From the NCBI GenBank assembly GCA_038213805.1, contig JBBQSO010000007.1, forward strand, positions 1 through 64,000: a DNA stretch of 64,000 bases, given 5' to 3'. The translations under genes were made by a program, and so were the position numbers. The notes below the pieces were generated by a model that worked only from the letters and a program-made list of their open reading frames with translations, did no database searches and was not told the origin of the DNA. Numbering within the stretch: the first letter of the stretch is position 1; each line of letters begins with the position of its first letter. Source of the stretch: Planctomycetota bacterium. Its GTDB lineage: Bacteria > Planctomycetota > UBA11346. Below are positions 55,001 to 64,000 of the stretch, piece after piece.

Positions 55001-56610
55001 GCAAAGCGCTGACGCTGACCGTGACCGCCGCGCCGCTGCTCGCCCATGAAGCGTTCCCGTACACCAGCGGCGCCATCGACTGGAATGGCCAGGGCGGCGA
55101 GAACGGCTTCGCCGAACCTTGGAACCGGCTGGTCGGCGGAAATGGCCAGGGCCAGGTTCCGGTGTATCCCGCAAGCTACGTGGCTGGGCTTTCCGCTTTC
55201 GGAGTCACCGCCACGGGCGGCGCCGTGCAGCTGACGAGCGTGCAGCAAATCCCCGGAAATACCAACAGCCAGAAGAACCCCGAGTATGCGCGGCGCCTGC
55301 TGACCGGGTTCAGCGATGGCGGCTCTGCTGGCGCCAACGCCTGGATCAGCTTCATCGGCAAGGGTACGACTCCCGGCACAGGCTATCTCGGCGTCGGCCT
55401 CTTCAACGGCAACACCGAGAAGATGTTCATCGGACAGCGCTTCGGGATGAGCAACTGGGGTGTCGAGGTCGCCGGTGGTGGTGGATCCGCCGACAGCACC
55501 TCCAGCCTGTCGAGCACCGCCTTCGTGGTGGTGAACATCCGCGTGCTCAGCGGCAGCTCGCGGGAGGTGCGGCTGTGGGTGAACCCGACCCCTGGAACGT
55601 CGGCGCCGAGCGATGCGGGCGCCGCCCTGGTCACCACGGGCACGGAGCTGTCATTCGACACGCTGCGCCTGCGCGGCGACAGCATGGTATCCAAGCTGAC
55701 CGTCGACGAGTTGCGCGTGGGCGCATCCTTCGCCGATATCAGCGGCGTCACCGTGGCGCATCCGACGCTGCAGGTGTCGCGGGCCGGCAACGCGATCGGC
55801 GATGGCGGCAGCGATGTGGTCGTCGGAAGCGCTGCGGGCACCGCCCAGGCGCTGACCTTCGTACTGACGAATTCAGGCTCCGCCCCGCTTTCGGTCACCA
55901 CACCGGTCACGGTGTCGGGCATGACGAACTGCTCTGCGTCGGTCACGACCCAACCGGGCAGCGCGATCGGCACTGGAGCCACGTCCGACCTGGTGGTGAC
56001 CGTGACGCCGACCGCCGTCGGCGCGTGGTCGCTCGCGCTGGCGGTGGTGAACACCGACAGCAATGCCACCCCGTACGACTGGACGGTGACGGGCACGGCG
56101 GGCGCCGTCGCGGTTCCCGGACTCGCCATCACCCGCAGCGGGACGACCATCGCCGATGGCGGGACGGATGGGGTCGCCGGTGCAGTCGCCGGCTCGCCCC
56201 AGGCGCTGACCTACGTGCTCGCCAACAGCGGCGGCGCTGTGCTCGGAGTGACCGTTCCCGTGACCCTGTCGGGCGTGACCAACTGCACCGCGACCGTGAC
56301 GACGCAGCCTGCTGCATCGATCCCCGCCGGTGGAAACGGCACGTTCGTGCTGACGGTCACCCCGACAGTCGCCGGGCCGTGGTCGTGCTTGGTCTCGATC
56401 ACGAACACCGACGTCAGCCACGCGCCCTACGACTGGACCGTCTCCGGCACCGCGCAGGCGGCCGTCAGCGGGCCGACGGGCGGCTCGAGTGGTGGCTCGA
56501 GTGGTGGCGGCAGCCATGGCTGCGGCCTGGGGCAGGGCATTGCGTTGGTACTCATGCTCGGGTTCAGCCTGATGTGGCGATTCAGGAGCGGGCGTCGGCC
56601 CACGGGCTGA
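52066..56610 (+). CDS. Secreted GH31 glycoside hydrolase with DUF5110, Ig-like repeats and C-terminal TM tail
   Basis: LDFDW, YWHDEGDE, WSGD, ELYARWLQF..FRIHG, YLPAGTWYDY, YDDDG; He_PIG-like LPAGLVLD..GRITG; two similar Ig-like repeats. Confidence 0.9.
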   Translation: MSLAPRRDTTLSIRSSRLLSTALGGLGCLALSTAVAAAEPGNVTLQAQTAESVTLANAGGDRVFVRVLKPNLLEVDYRPGNQTSPMTLIMDPGFAAKTWSPGTVSIADGASEVVLTTSAMVVRIAKSPCRVNVYETDGTTRIFGEAAAAGMTDARVKFEFDANLNWYGIQSAPSTRGREMGSTTLGDYVTKTFVTQLTRQNVTPAVDLNARWHGSETGPFAWTTGAASKRGFGVLWDNDGGSVAFSSTTLEMNKTNERCVSAVSSTKLDTLWFAMVGTPTEITQAMIELSGRPQMFPKYAQGFGNTEWGINEEELRSHINAYRSRHIPLDHFILDFDWKAWDLNDYGNFEWNLRATNVAASDFRGFPAASDTTLKTYTDAMGVKLMGITKPRLHVDTVQGAVITAGAATGATWRNAGSVGWWLPSGSPSTFKTDYWGSQRGRSDKVGNLNFFIPAARAWYAQNSIDRAFDKGIVGYWHDEGDEGPDSGDIPSASNFYNPLYQEGIYTYQRANKPGTRVWSMNRHSYLGSQRYGYGVWSGDISTDWRTLKTEAPRMLQTINAGMARTGTDAGGTAGSADSIGTIATDGVSKNVPTDELYARWLQFAAMQPTFRIHGVYLINRQPWFHGSEAEIAATEVIRLRSRLMPYIYAHDRIYSETGVPFVQPLVWDYPKDANVAERTDAWMFGRALLAAPILEPRATVTSPDGSLSMAGTTSKSIYLPAGTWYDYFRGTVHAGGATFIYPVSTSTLRELPLFIKKGAIIPSLPTALDHVAAAPITTVRLDMFPDTALTSFTYYDDDGVSYQYESGTFFKQAVSVQQSGSTVTVAFADKQGGFAPALQHYLIAINKFSATTVAGFTSFASQAALEAASGEGYAIGSGVHGSITYIKVAAGSARTITATGTNPGLGIATTTLPAATRNAPYDAQLGADGLGASSTWSVTPALPAGLVLDARTGRITGAATVAGSTSYTFQVSSGATASKALTLTVTAAPLLAHEAFPYTSGAIDWNGQGGENGFAEPWNRLVGGNGQGQVPVYPASYVAGLSAFGVTATGGAVQLTSVQQIPGNTNSQKNPEYARRLLTGFSDGGSAGANAWISFIGKGTTPGTGYLGVGLFNGNTEKMFIGQRFGMSNWGVEVAGGGGSADSTSSLSSTAFVVVNIRVLSGSSREVRLWVNPTPGTSAPSDAGAALVTTGTELSFDTLRLRGDSMVSKLTVDELRVGASFADISGVTVAHPTLQVSRAGNAIGDGGSDVVVGSAAGTAQALTFVLTNSGSAPLSVTTPVTVSGMTNCSASVTTQPGSAIGTGATSDLVVTVTPTAVGAWSLALAVVNTDSNATPYDWTVTGTAGAVAVPGLAITRSGTTIADGGTDGVAGAVAGSPQALTYVLANSGGAVLGVTVPVTLSGVTNCTATVTTQPAASIPAGGNGTFVLTVTPTVAGPWSCLVSITNTDVSHAPYDWTVSGTAQAAVSGPTGGSSGGSSGGGSHGCGLGQGIALVLMLGFSLMWRFRSGRRPTG

Positions 56611-57524
56611 GGGCATCGTCCGCCAGGTGCCCGTGGAAGCGATCCCCGTGATCGATCCCGCATGGATGGGCGAGGGCTCTCAACCGACGAAATCCATGCG
56701 GACACGCCCCTACCATCGAGCCAACGCCAATGAGCCAGGTCACCACCCGCACCTATCGTCAGAAATCAGACCACGCTGCCAGGGCAGACGAAGTAACCTG
56801 CCTGGGCTGCAAGAAAAGTGCACCGTGTGCATGCGGAGACGCCGCCAAGGACCCGGTGCGCATCTTCCAACAGCTGTTCGCGACCGCGATCCGCGCGTCC
56901 CGCCAACCAAAATTGTATCTGAGCGCGTGGGTCGAGGCACATCAGAGACGCGTACGGTGGGGCAGTCGGCGCCTCAGCCGGTGGAGCAAGGGCCCTGAAG
57001 GCCACATGGAGTGAGGAATCGCGATCACTCATCGGTGCGGGACCCGCCTTCGATGACTGTGCTGGCGAAACGCCTGAAGGTCAGGCGCGAACACCTGGGC
57101 CGGCTTGCGCACGGTGCCTGAGGACAGCCCCGGAGGTGTGGTTGCGCAGGTACCGGCTGGGACAGACCGTCGACCTGCCCGAATCGGGCATGGCCATCCC
57201 GCCGCGGTCACCTGCGGCTGCAGTTCCACGGCGCACCGCATCCATGCCTGCGGCCGGCTCCGCGGCACCACACCCAGACGCGGCTGACCGATCGCCACCC
57301 ATGAATGGTCCGCCATCACCTACTGTGCAGCTGCTGCCGCTCCACTACCCTGGCTGCGTCAGCCCCGATCAGCCGTCGTGCAGGATGGGTGGATTTGTGG
57401 TTTCATAAATACTGGTCCCATCGTACCTTTACCACGATGACGCATGGCATTGCCCCGCATAGCAGCATGGCCGCGCACCGGCACCACGCCGACTGCGAGC
57501 GCCCGTCGCGAGGCATGGTGAACG

Positions 57525-59498
57525 ATGGCTGATGCGGCTGCACCTTTGCCTCCTCGCGGACCGTTTCGCCTCCGCGGCCAGTGGGGCGAATTGGAGGTGG
57601 CACGCGCAGCCGATGTACCCCGCGCCCTCGCCAGCGCCTTCGCTGGAGAATCGGGGATTGAGATCACCGATGCGCGGAGTGGCGAGCACATCTCCAGGGA
57701 TTCGCTTCGCGAATGGTTCGGGGACGATGCTGACCGCTTCCTCACCTTGTCGCCATCCATCATCATCCCGCCGATGAAACAACGTGCCTCATCGGAAGAG
57801 GTTTCTGAGAGATTGCGGCAGCTTCGCAGCACAGCGCCTTCAGCAAGCGACTCCAGTGGGAATCGCAAGCCCGTAGCGCGCTCGAGGATGATCGCCGGCG
57901 GGGCGGTTGGCATCTCCGCGCTGGCGGTCGTGGGCTACTTTCTTGTCACCATCGCTAGCGCCCATGACCCCGTTTCGGCCAACCTCCCACAGGCCGAAAT
58001 CCAGATTCCCCGGGGGTCAGCCCAGGCGGACGCTCGCGCGCCTCGCTCTGACCAGGGCGGCCATCCCGCGGTGCCGGCAGCCCTCCACGAAATCCATTTC
58101 AGCAGCAGCACCCCGATCGCGTGTGACCCCGGGCGCTCCGTCACTCTCGGAAGGGCATCGCTTGCGCTGGCCCAGTCCGGGGCGACGCCTGACGAGCTCA
58201 TCTATAAACTAACGGTAGCGCCAGCGCACGGCTGGCTGCGCAGGGATTGCCTGCCCCTGGTTGCGGGCGCGACTTTCAGCCAAGCGGACGTGGACGACGA
58301 CCGCATCAGTTATGAGGCGGGCGACCTGGCGATGGCCGGAGACGCGTTCCAGGTCTCAGCCATGGGTCTTCAGCATGGGACCGTGCAGCCCACAGGGTGT
58401 CCGATCGTCGTCAGGAGCGCGGGCGCGGACCAGGGCCTGATCGCGTGGTACTCATTCGAGGAGGGAGTGGGCGATACCGTCGCTGATCGTAGCGGCCACG
58501 GCAACACCGGTACGCTTCGCCATGCCACATGGACCGCCGGTCCCCTCGGCACCGCCGTGACGTTCGATGGCCACGGCGGCATGGACGGTGGGAACGCGGC
58601 ACTGACTCGGCCATCACAAGCCACAACGCTGAGCGGCTGGGTGCGGACCACGCAGCGGACCTCTGATGCTTCGGTTTTCCGGCACGACGGGTACTTCACC
58701 CCCCTGCAGGTTCTATTCGGGAAGTCGTGGGTATCGCTTTGGAGCAATAACTCGTGGAGTAAGCTTGAGTTCGCCTGGAACGGCGTCCTCGCTACCGGCA
58801 CCTGGCACCATTTCGCAGCGAGTTATGGCGCTTCCAGTGGATTGAAAGTCTATGTGGATGGACACACGTACGCCAGCAACGACCAACTGCGTGGCCCACT
58901 GGCGAGCGGCACCACGAGCTCGTTCCTCATTGGAAATAGCGAAAATGGCAAGGAGCCCTACTTCGGGGACATCGATGAGGTGCGCATCTATGACCGAGTG
59001 CTGGAGCCAGGTGAAATCCGGTTACTCGCCCAACAAGCAGCGCCTGTGATATCGCATCTCGATGGCGGGACCGCTGCATATGTGACGGGCGGACCTGCAG
59101 TCACACTTGATGGGGCCAAGGTCGCGGCGGTCAGCGACCAGGACGACCTCTGCTTCGCGGGAGGCGGACTCCTAGTCGAACTGGCCAATCCGCTCGACGG
59201 CGACCTGCTCGGAATAAACGCCGCTGGGGCCATCAGCGCCACCGGCCAGGAAGTAAGCTTCCAGGGCAAGCATCTCGGCCTCATCTCAACGACGCATGAC
59301 GGTGCGCACGGGCATTCGCTCGAGATCACTTTCGACACCCAGATCGCCAGCCCAGAAGCCGTGTCCAACCTCATTCACGCGCTGGCGTATAGCAGTAGCG
59401 CGCCAACGGTGGAGGGCTCACGGACTGTCCGCATCCGGCTGAGTGATGGGGTGCTGACGAGTCTGGCTGCGACGGTGGTGGTGACGATCACGCCCTGA
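57525..59498 (+). CDS. Membrane-anchored cadherin-like (CSPG) plus LamG domain protein
   Basis: TM, FSQADVD..ISY, GLIAWYSFEEG..DRSGHGN, WHHFAASY, GDIDEVRIY. Confidence 0.8.
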   Translation: MADAAAPLPPRGPFRLRGQWGELEVARAADVPRALASAFAGESGIEITDARSGEHISRDSLREWFGDDADRFLTLSPSIIIPPMKQRASSEEVSERLRQLRSTAPSASDSSGNRKPVARSRMIAGGAVGISALAVVGYFLVTIASAHDPVSANLPQAEIQIPRGSAQADARAPRSDQGGHPAVPAALHEIHFSSSTPIACDPGRSVTLGRASLALAQSGATPDELIYKLTVAPAHGWLRRDCLPLVAGATFSQADVDDDRISYEAGDLAMAGDAFQVSAMGLQHGTVQPTGCPIVVRSAGADQGLIAWYSFEEGVGDTVADRSGHGNTGTLRHATWTAGPLGTAVTFDGHGGMDGGNAALTRPSQATTLSGWVRTTQRTSDASVFRHDGYFTPLQVLFGKSWVSLWSNNSWSKLEFAWNGVLATGTWHHFAASYGASSGLKVYVDGHTYASNDQLRGPLASGTTSSFLIGNSENGKEPYFGDIDEVRIYDRVLEPGEIRLLAQQAAPVISHLDGGTAAYVTGGPAVTLDGAKVAAVSDQDDLCFAGGGLLVELANPLDGDLLGINAAGAISATGQEVSFQGKHLGLISTTHDGAHGHSLEITFDTQIASPEAVSNLIHALAYSSSAPTVEGSRTVRIRLSDGVLTSLAATVVVTITP

Positions 59499-59984
59499 AC
59501 CGGTGCCGGCGCTCGTCCGCACGTGCTGCCCAACGCCGTCTGGCTGGGCCGCTTTCCCGGCTGATCAACACGCCACCATCGGCGGTCGGAAACATGGGAT
59601 CCGCGTGGTACGCGAAACCTCGACCAAGGCGGCGCTGCGTGCGGCGAGGAACTCCTCGAGGGACTCCTGCCGCCGCCATTCCGGGCGGTGGGCGGCCAGC
59701 GCCTGGGCCTTGGCGTCATCGCTGGCCAGCTCGCGTTGACCGCAGCCAGCGAGCACGAGGGCGAGCGCGAGCGTTGGACCCACCAGCGAGCCGCTCACCA
59801 TCGCAGATCCAGGTCGAGCCAGGGAATTCGTGCAGCGTCGCCGGCCCCGATTCCGCTCTGGCCACCACCGTCCACTCGCCCTCCCCTCCACGGGGCATGG
59901 TCGCCACGCAGCGCGTTCGGCAGGCGCAGCTGCAGGACGGCAAGATCCGCTCACCTGCGCGGGAAACCCGCGCGACCTCCCCCA

Positions 59985-60983
59985 TCACTTGCCGCGCAGC
60001 TTGTGCAGCTTTGCGCGGAACGCCGCCACATCCGGCGCGCGGATCGTCTGGGTGGGGACGTAGATGTGCTTGTCCGCGGGAATGAAGGATGCATCGCCGG
60101 CGAGCTGGCGAGCCAGCAATTTCAACGACTGGTAGCCGAACTCGTACGGTTGCTGCACGATGGTGCCCACCACGGTGCCGGATTCGATGCCGACCAGGGT
60201 CGCGTCTTCTTCATCGAACCCCACAACCTTGACCTTGCCGAGCTTGCCCGCGTCCGCGAGCGCGCTGAGGATGGCGGGAACGTTGTAGCCCGAAAGCCCG
60301 ACCATGCCGGCGAGCGCCGCATGGCTGACCAGGCTGTCGGCGGCGTTGGCCTTGGAGCGCGCGCGGTCGCCATCGTCGGCACGCAGGTCGAGGATGGTGA
60401 CATTGCTGCCGGCCAACCCCTCTTTCAGGCCCTGGAAGCGCTCGATGGAGTTCTGCTGGTCCTTCTTGCTGATAAAGACCATGATCTCGCCCCCGGCAGG
60501 CAGGGCCTCCTTGACCAGCACAGCGGCAGCGCGCCCGGCGGCGACGTTGTCGGTGCCCAGGTAGTACGCGCGTTTCGAGGCGGGCGCGTCGCTGTCCTGA
60601 CAGATCAGCAGCGCCTGCTGCGCCGCGTGGTCGAGCATCGCGCCCTGGTTGCCGGCGTCGACCGGGCTGATGGCGATCCCGACCGCGCCCTTCACCAGCA
60701 GATCTTCGACAATCTCCTTCTGCTTGGCGGCCGTGCCGTCGCCGATGCGGAACTCGAGGACGTAGCCCGGCAGTTCCCGTTGTGCCGCTTCGGCACCTGC
60801 GCGCGCGATGTTCCAGAAATCGGCAGGAAGGTTCGTGACGAAACCGAGCGTGCGTACCTGCGCAGCGCCAGCGGCCGGACCGGTCGGCACGGTGGAGTGC
60901 GGATCCTCGCCGCAGCTGACGAGCAGCAGGAGCGCGAGCGAGGTCAGTCCGAGAGCGGAAGCTGGGTGGGAGGCGATACGCAT
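59985..60983 (-). CDS. Sugar ABC-transporter substrate-binding lipoprotein
   Basis: Lipobox LVSC, DFWNIARAG, DSDAP..YLGTDN, VGFD, IVQQPYEFGY. Confidence 0.9.
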   Translation of the reverse strand: MRIASHPASALGLTSLALLLLVSCGEDPHSTVPTGPAAGAAQVRTLGFVTNLPADFWNIARAGAEAAQRELPGYVLEFRIGDGTAAKQKEIVEDLLVKGAVGIAISPVDAGNQGAMLDHAAQQALLICQDSDAPASKRAYYLGTDNVAAGRAAAVLVKEALPAGGEIMVFISKKDQQNSIERFQGLKEGLAGSNVTILDLRADDGDRARSKANAADSLVSHAALAGMVGLSGYNVPAILSALADAGKLGKVKVVGFDEEDATLVGIESGTVVGTIVQQPYEFGYQSLKLLARQLAGDASFIPADKHIYVPTQTIRAPDVAAFRAKLHKLRGK

Positions 60984-61078
60984 GGGGAAGTTCCAGGGGA
61001 TGGTGCCGGCGTGCAAATCACGTGCAGGTCGCGCTTGCAGAAGTGATGGATCACGCGCGGGAGCGCGCGGCCTGACGT

Positions 61079-61951
61079 TCAGCAAGCCGCCCGCGCGACA
61101 TCCCGGAAGATCCCTTCCAGGGCTTGGCGCATGACCATCGCGTCGGGCTGGATCCCGGTCCAATAGTGGACGCCGATGACGCCCTGGCCGACCAGCATGG
61201 CGAGTCCATCGATGACGCGGCAGCCGCGCTGCCGCGCCGCCCGAACCAAGTGCGTGGCGGGTGGATTGGGTATCACGTCCGCGACCACCATGTGCGGTCG
61301 CAGCGTCGCCACATCAAGCGCGAGTCGCGCATCCCCGTGCGGATGAAGGCCGATGCTGGTCGCGTTGATCACGATGTCGACGTCGTCGGGGACGGCGTAT
61401 TCCGTGGCCCAAGCCACGCCTTCGGCAGCGACGCGCAGGCTGGTGCGCAGCAGGTCGACAAGGTCGGCCCGTCGCTGTCCGCCCCGATTGACGATGACGA
61501 AGGAGGCCGCGCCGGCCAAGGCCAGTTCGACGGCGATCGCGCGCGCCGCGCCGCCGGCGCCGAGGATCACCACCCGTCTGCCGGCGGGGTTGGCGACCCC
61601 CTGCAGCGCCTGCACGAAGCCCTTGCCGTCCGTATTCTCGCCGATCAGGCGGTCACCGCGTCGCACCACGCAGTTCACCGCGCCCATGAGCGCCGCCGAC
61701 TCGCCGAGACCGTCGAGATACGGTATGATCGCCAGCTTGTGCGGCTGGGTGCAGTTGAAGCCGCGAAAACCCATGGCCCGCGCTCCGCGCACCGCGGCCG
61801 CCAGATCCGTGGGCGCGACTTCGATGGTGAGGTAGCGCCATGGCAGCCCGAGGTGGCGGTAGGCCGCCTCCACCATCGGTTGGGAGGGGTTTTCGGCGAC
61901 GGGCTGGCCGAACACGCCGGTCAGCTCCTGCTTGAAATCAAGGTCGGTCAT
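61079..61951 (-). CDS. aroE: Shikimate dehydrogenase
   Basis: GFNCTQPHK, AVNC, GENTDG, GAGGAARA, INATSIG, DGLAML. Confidence 0.92.
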   Translation of the reverse strand: MTDLDFKQELTGVFGQPVAENPSQPMVEAAYRHLGLPWRYLTIEVAPTDLAAAVRGARAMGFRGFNCTQPHKLAIIPYLDGLGESAALMGAVNCVVRRGDRLIGENTDGKGFVQALQGVANPAGRRVVILGAGGAARAIAVELALAGAASFVIVNRGGQRRADLVDLLRTSLRVAAEGVAWATEYAVPDDVDIVINATSIGLHPHGDARLALDVATLRPHMVVADVIPNPPATHLVRAARQRGCRVIDGLAMLVGQGVIGVHYWTGIQPDAMVMRQALEGIFRDVARAAC

Positions 61952-62005
61952 GGCCTGTGCTCCAACGGGGTGCGGCGGATGATCGGCGCGGCAGAGACGA
62001 CTGGA

Positions 62006-64000
62006 TCAGGGCCCATCGGTCGTGCCCAGCTTGTTGATCGTACCGTAGAAGTCCCGCTGGATGGACGTGCCATCCGCGCCGGTGAGTTCGTACTTGAGCT
62101 TGATCTGCATCACCGGCTGGATCTTCGGAATCGCCAGGAACACCGTCCTGCCGTCGGCCGAGAGCGTCGCGGCCGTGATGTCGATGGCATCGTGGCCGTT
62201 CTTTCGGGGATCGTCGACATGCACTTCGGGCGAGCCGTAGCTGCTGGTCCAGAGGTAGTTCCACTGCTCGCCGCCGTAGTTGTCCTTGTCGGTGGCGGAA
62301 GCGCGGTCGAGGGGACTGGAGAAGGTCAAGCTCAACCCGTTCTTCTTCACGACCATGCCTACCACCAAGTGCGAGGTCTTGCCGGTGTAACGTACGCGCT
62401 GGAATCCGCCGTCCTTGGCGCCAGTGGTCTGCCAGCCCTTGAGACCGGTGAGGTAAAGCTGACCGTCGCGGTCATTGAAGCGGGCGCGCATGACCCCCGT
62501 ATTGAACTCCAGGGGGACGCGCGTCACGCCGCCTTGGGGAACGCCGCCTTCCTTGCTCCACGCGACCACGAACAGCGAGCAGGTCCCGTACGACAGGTGC
62601 AGCAACTGGCCCTTGGGCATGCCCCACTTATCGCTCGGCACCCACGCCTGACCGCCGCAGGAGTTGTCGACGCCACCATGGGGCAGCCAGACGATCGGGC
62701 GGTCGTAGTCGGTCGGTGCCTCTTTGCGATGGGCCAGGTCGGGAACACCGTAGAAGCCGCCGCGCTGGACCAGGTTGATGCGCGATGTCGGAGTCCACGT
62801 GCCTTCATTGTCGCCGCAGGTGATCTGGCCATCCGGACTGACGCTCATGCCATTGGGCGCGCGGAATCCTGTAGCGACGATCTCCATTGACGAGCCGTCC
62901 TTGGCAATCTCGAACATGCAGCCGTGGTGCTCGCTGATGCGCTCCCAGCCACGCCCGCCGTCGCGCACCGGACCCGCCTTGGCGAAGTAGAAGTTCCCCT
63001 TGGGGTCGGTCCACAGGTCGAAGGCGAACTCATGGAAGGCCGGGGTGGTGTGGATGTCGTTGTTAAAGTTCTCATAGAAGTCCGCTTCGCCGTCCTTGTT
63101 GAGATCGTTGAGGCGCACCAGGCCCTCGCGGCAGAGCACATAGACCAGGTTGTCGACGATTTTCAGGCCGAGCGGCTGGTGAAGACCGGTCGCGAACCGC
63201 TTCCAGCTGAGCCTGGTGAGCTTGTCATCGACGCCCGAGACCACCCACACATCGCCATTCCAGGTGCAGACCGCAGCGCGGCCGTCGCTGAAGAAATCAT
63301 GGCCGGCAAGGCGCATCTTGGACTTGAACGGATTGTCATAGGGGACGGTGATGGTATCGACGACGTACGCACCCTGGCCCTTGCCGAGCTCGCCCACTGT
63401 TTCCACGGACTGAGGATAGCGCGCCGCGCCCCCTTTGATTAGGGTGGCGGGGTCGATGACGTCGAGGGCGGCCTTGACCAGGGCGGCGCACTCGGCCGCA
63501 GCTGCCTTGGCGATCACCACTTTGAAGTTCGCGGCCTTGAGCGCCGGGATCTTGAGCACGATGCGGTTTTCGACCACCGCCAGGGTCACACCGGCGGGGG
63601 CGCCGACCAGGCCCGCGCTGACGTGGTCGCCGCCGGCGCTGAGCGTGGCGAGACCGTCGCCCACGGTGCCCGTCGCCCCCGTGAGCTCCGCGACCAGCAT
63701 GGTCGACGCCGAGAAGCCGCTTACCGATAAGGTGCGCGACACGGCCTGGCCGTTGGCCTCGAAACTTGGCAGCTCGAGAACCTTGCCAGTGCCGACCGTG
63801 TACGAGAAGACGACCTTGTCGCCGTTGATGTAGTGGCCGATATAGTGGGCCCAGTTTCGAGGCAACGGACCGAACGGTTCACTGCGTGGATCTGCGAAGC
63901 TGTCGCCCTTGGCCCAGCCGGGCACCGCGGCCGTTCCGAAAATCTGGGTGCCCACGGTCTTGGGACCGGTCGAGCTGTCCCCGAGGTACGCGATACCCCT
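62006..64000 (-). CDS. PVC-type beta-propeller (glucose/sorbosone dehydrogenase-like, DUF6797-type) protein, 5'-partial
   Basis: FATGLHQPLG, DGEADFYE, HEFAFDL, ATGFRAPNG, DNEGTWTP; frame is open to the window edge. Confidence 0.75.
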   Translation of the reverse strand, partial: RGIAYLGDSSTGPKTVGTQIFGTAAVPGWAKGDSFADPRSEPFGPLPRNWAHYIGHYINGDKVVFSYTVGTGKVLELPSFEANGQAVSRTLSVSGFSASTMLVAELTGATGTVGDGLATLSAGGDHVSAGLVGAPAGVTLAVVENRIVLKIPALKAANFKVVIAKAAAAECAALVKAALDVIDPATLIKGGAARYPQSVETVGELGKGQGAYVVDTITVPYDNPFKSKMRLAGHDFFSDGRAAVCTWNGDVWVVSGVDDKLTRLSWKRFATGLHQPLGLKIVDNLVYVLCREGLVRLNDLNKDGEADFYENFNNDIHTTPAFHEFAFDLWTDPKGNFYFAKAGPVRDGGRGWERISEHHGCMFEIAKDGSSMEIVATGFRAPNGMSVSPDGQITCGDNEGTWTPTSRINLVQRGGFYGVPDLAHRKEAPTDYDRPIVWLPHGGVDNSCGGQAWVPSDKWGMPKGQLLHLSYGTCSLFVVAWSKEGGVPQGGVTRVPLEFNTGVMRARFNDRDGQLYLTGLKGWQTTGAKDGGFQRVRYTGKTSHLVVGMVVKKNGLSLTFSSPLDRASATDKDNYGGEQWNYLWTSSYGSPEVHVDDPRKNGHDAIDITAATLSADGRTVFLAIPKIQPVMQIKLKYELTGADGTSIQRDFYGTINKLGTTDGP

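Noticed and set aside
56627..57520. Short ORFs between GH31 and the LamG gene (e.g. 56730-57014 with CxxC)
   Set aside because: No recognisable family and several competing frames; cannot be called.

Overview
High-GC bacterial window, most likely Planctomycetota or another PVC lineage (inferred from DUF1501, PSD1/DUF1549-1553, DUF1552 and DUF1592-type genes). Positions 1-5992 hold a chromosomal integron: intI on +, a divergent attI, and at least 8 AT-rich ORFan cassettes on -, with the array running off the left edge. The cassettes are separated by 7 closely similar attC sites of 211-213 bp, which is unusually long. Each attC contains an internal hairpin with compensatory base changes and an ATG overlapping the G|TT crossover. 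That ATG is in frame with the next cassette gene in 3 of 8 junctions and opens a short leader that stops across a cassette ATG in the other 5; this is the most novel-looking signal here. The rest of the window contains planctomycete cytochrome-c/DUF1501 and DUF1592/DUF1552 modules, two-component systems (one with an ETR1-like ethylene-binding domain), and a zinc-ribbon/SPFH-like plus TPR-like gene pair. It also has hydrolases, GH39-like and GH31 enzymes sharing a GCGxG-TM C-terminal tail, a REP-like palindrome cluster, a HAD/unknown/PfkB/GT operon, a Cus-type RND efflux operon, aroE and several gene remnants. All family calls come from motif recognition by eye; no database searches were run.
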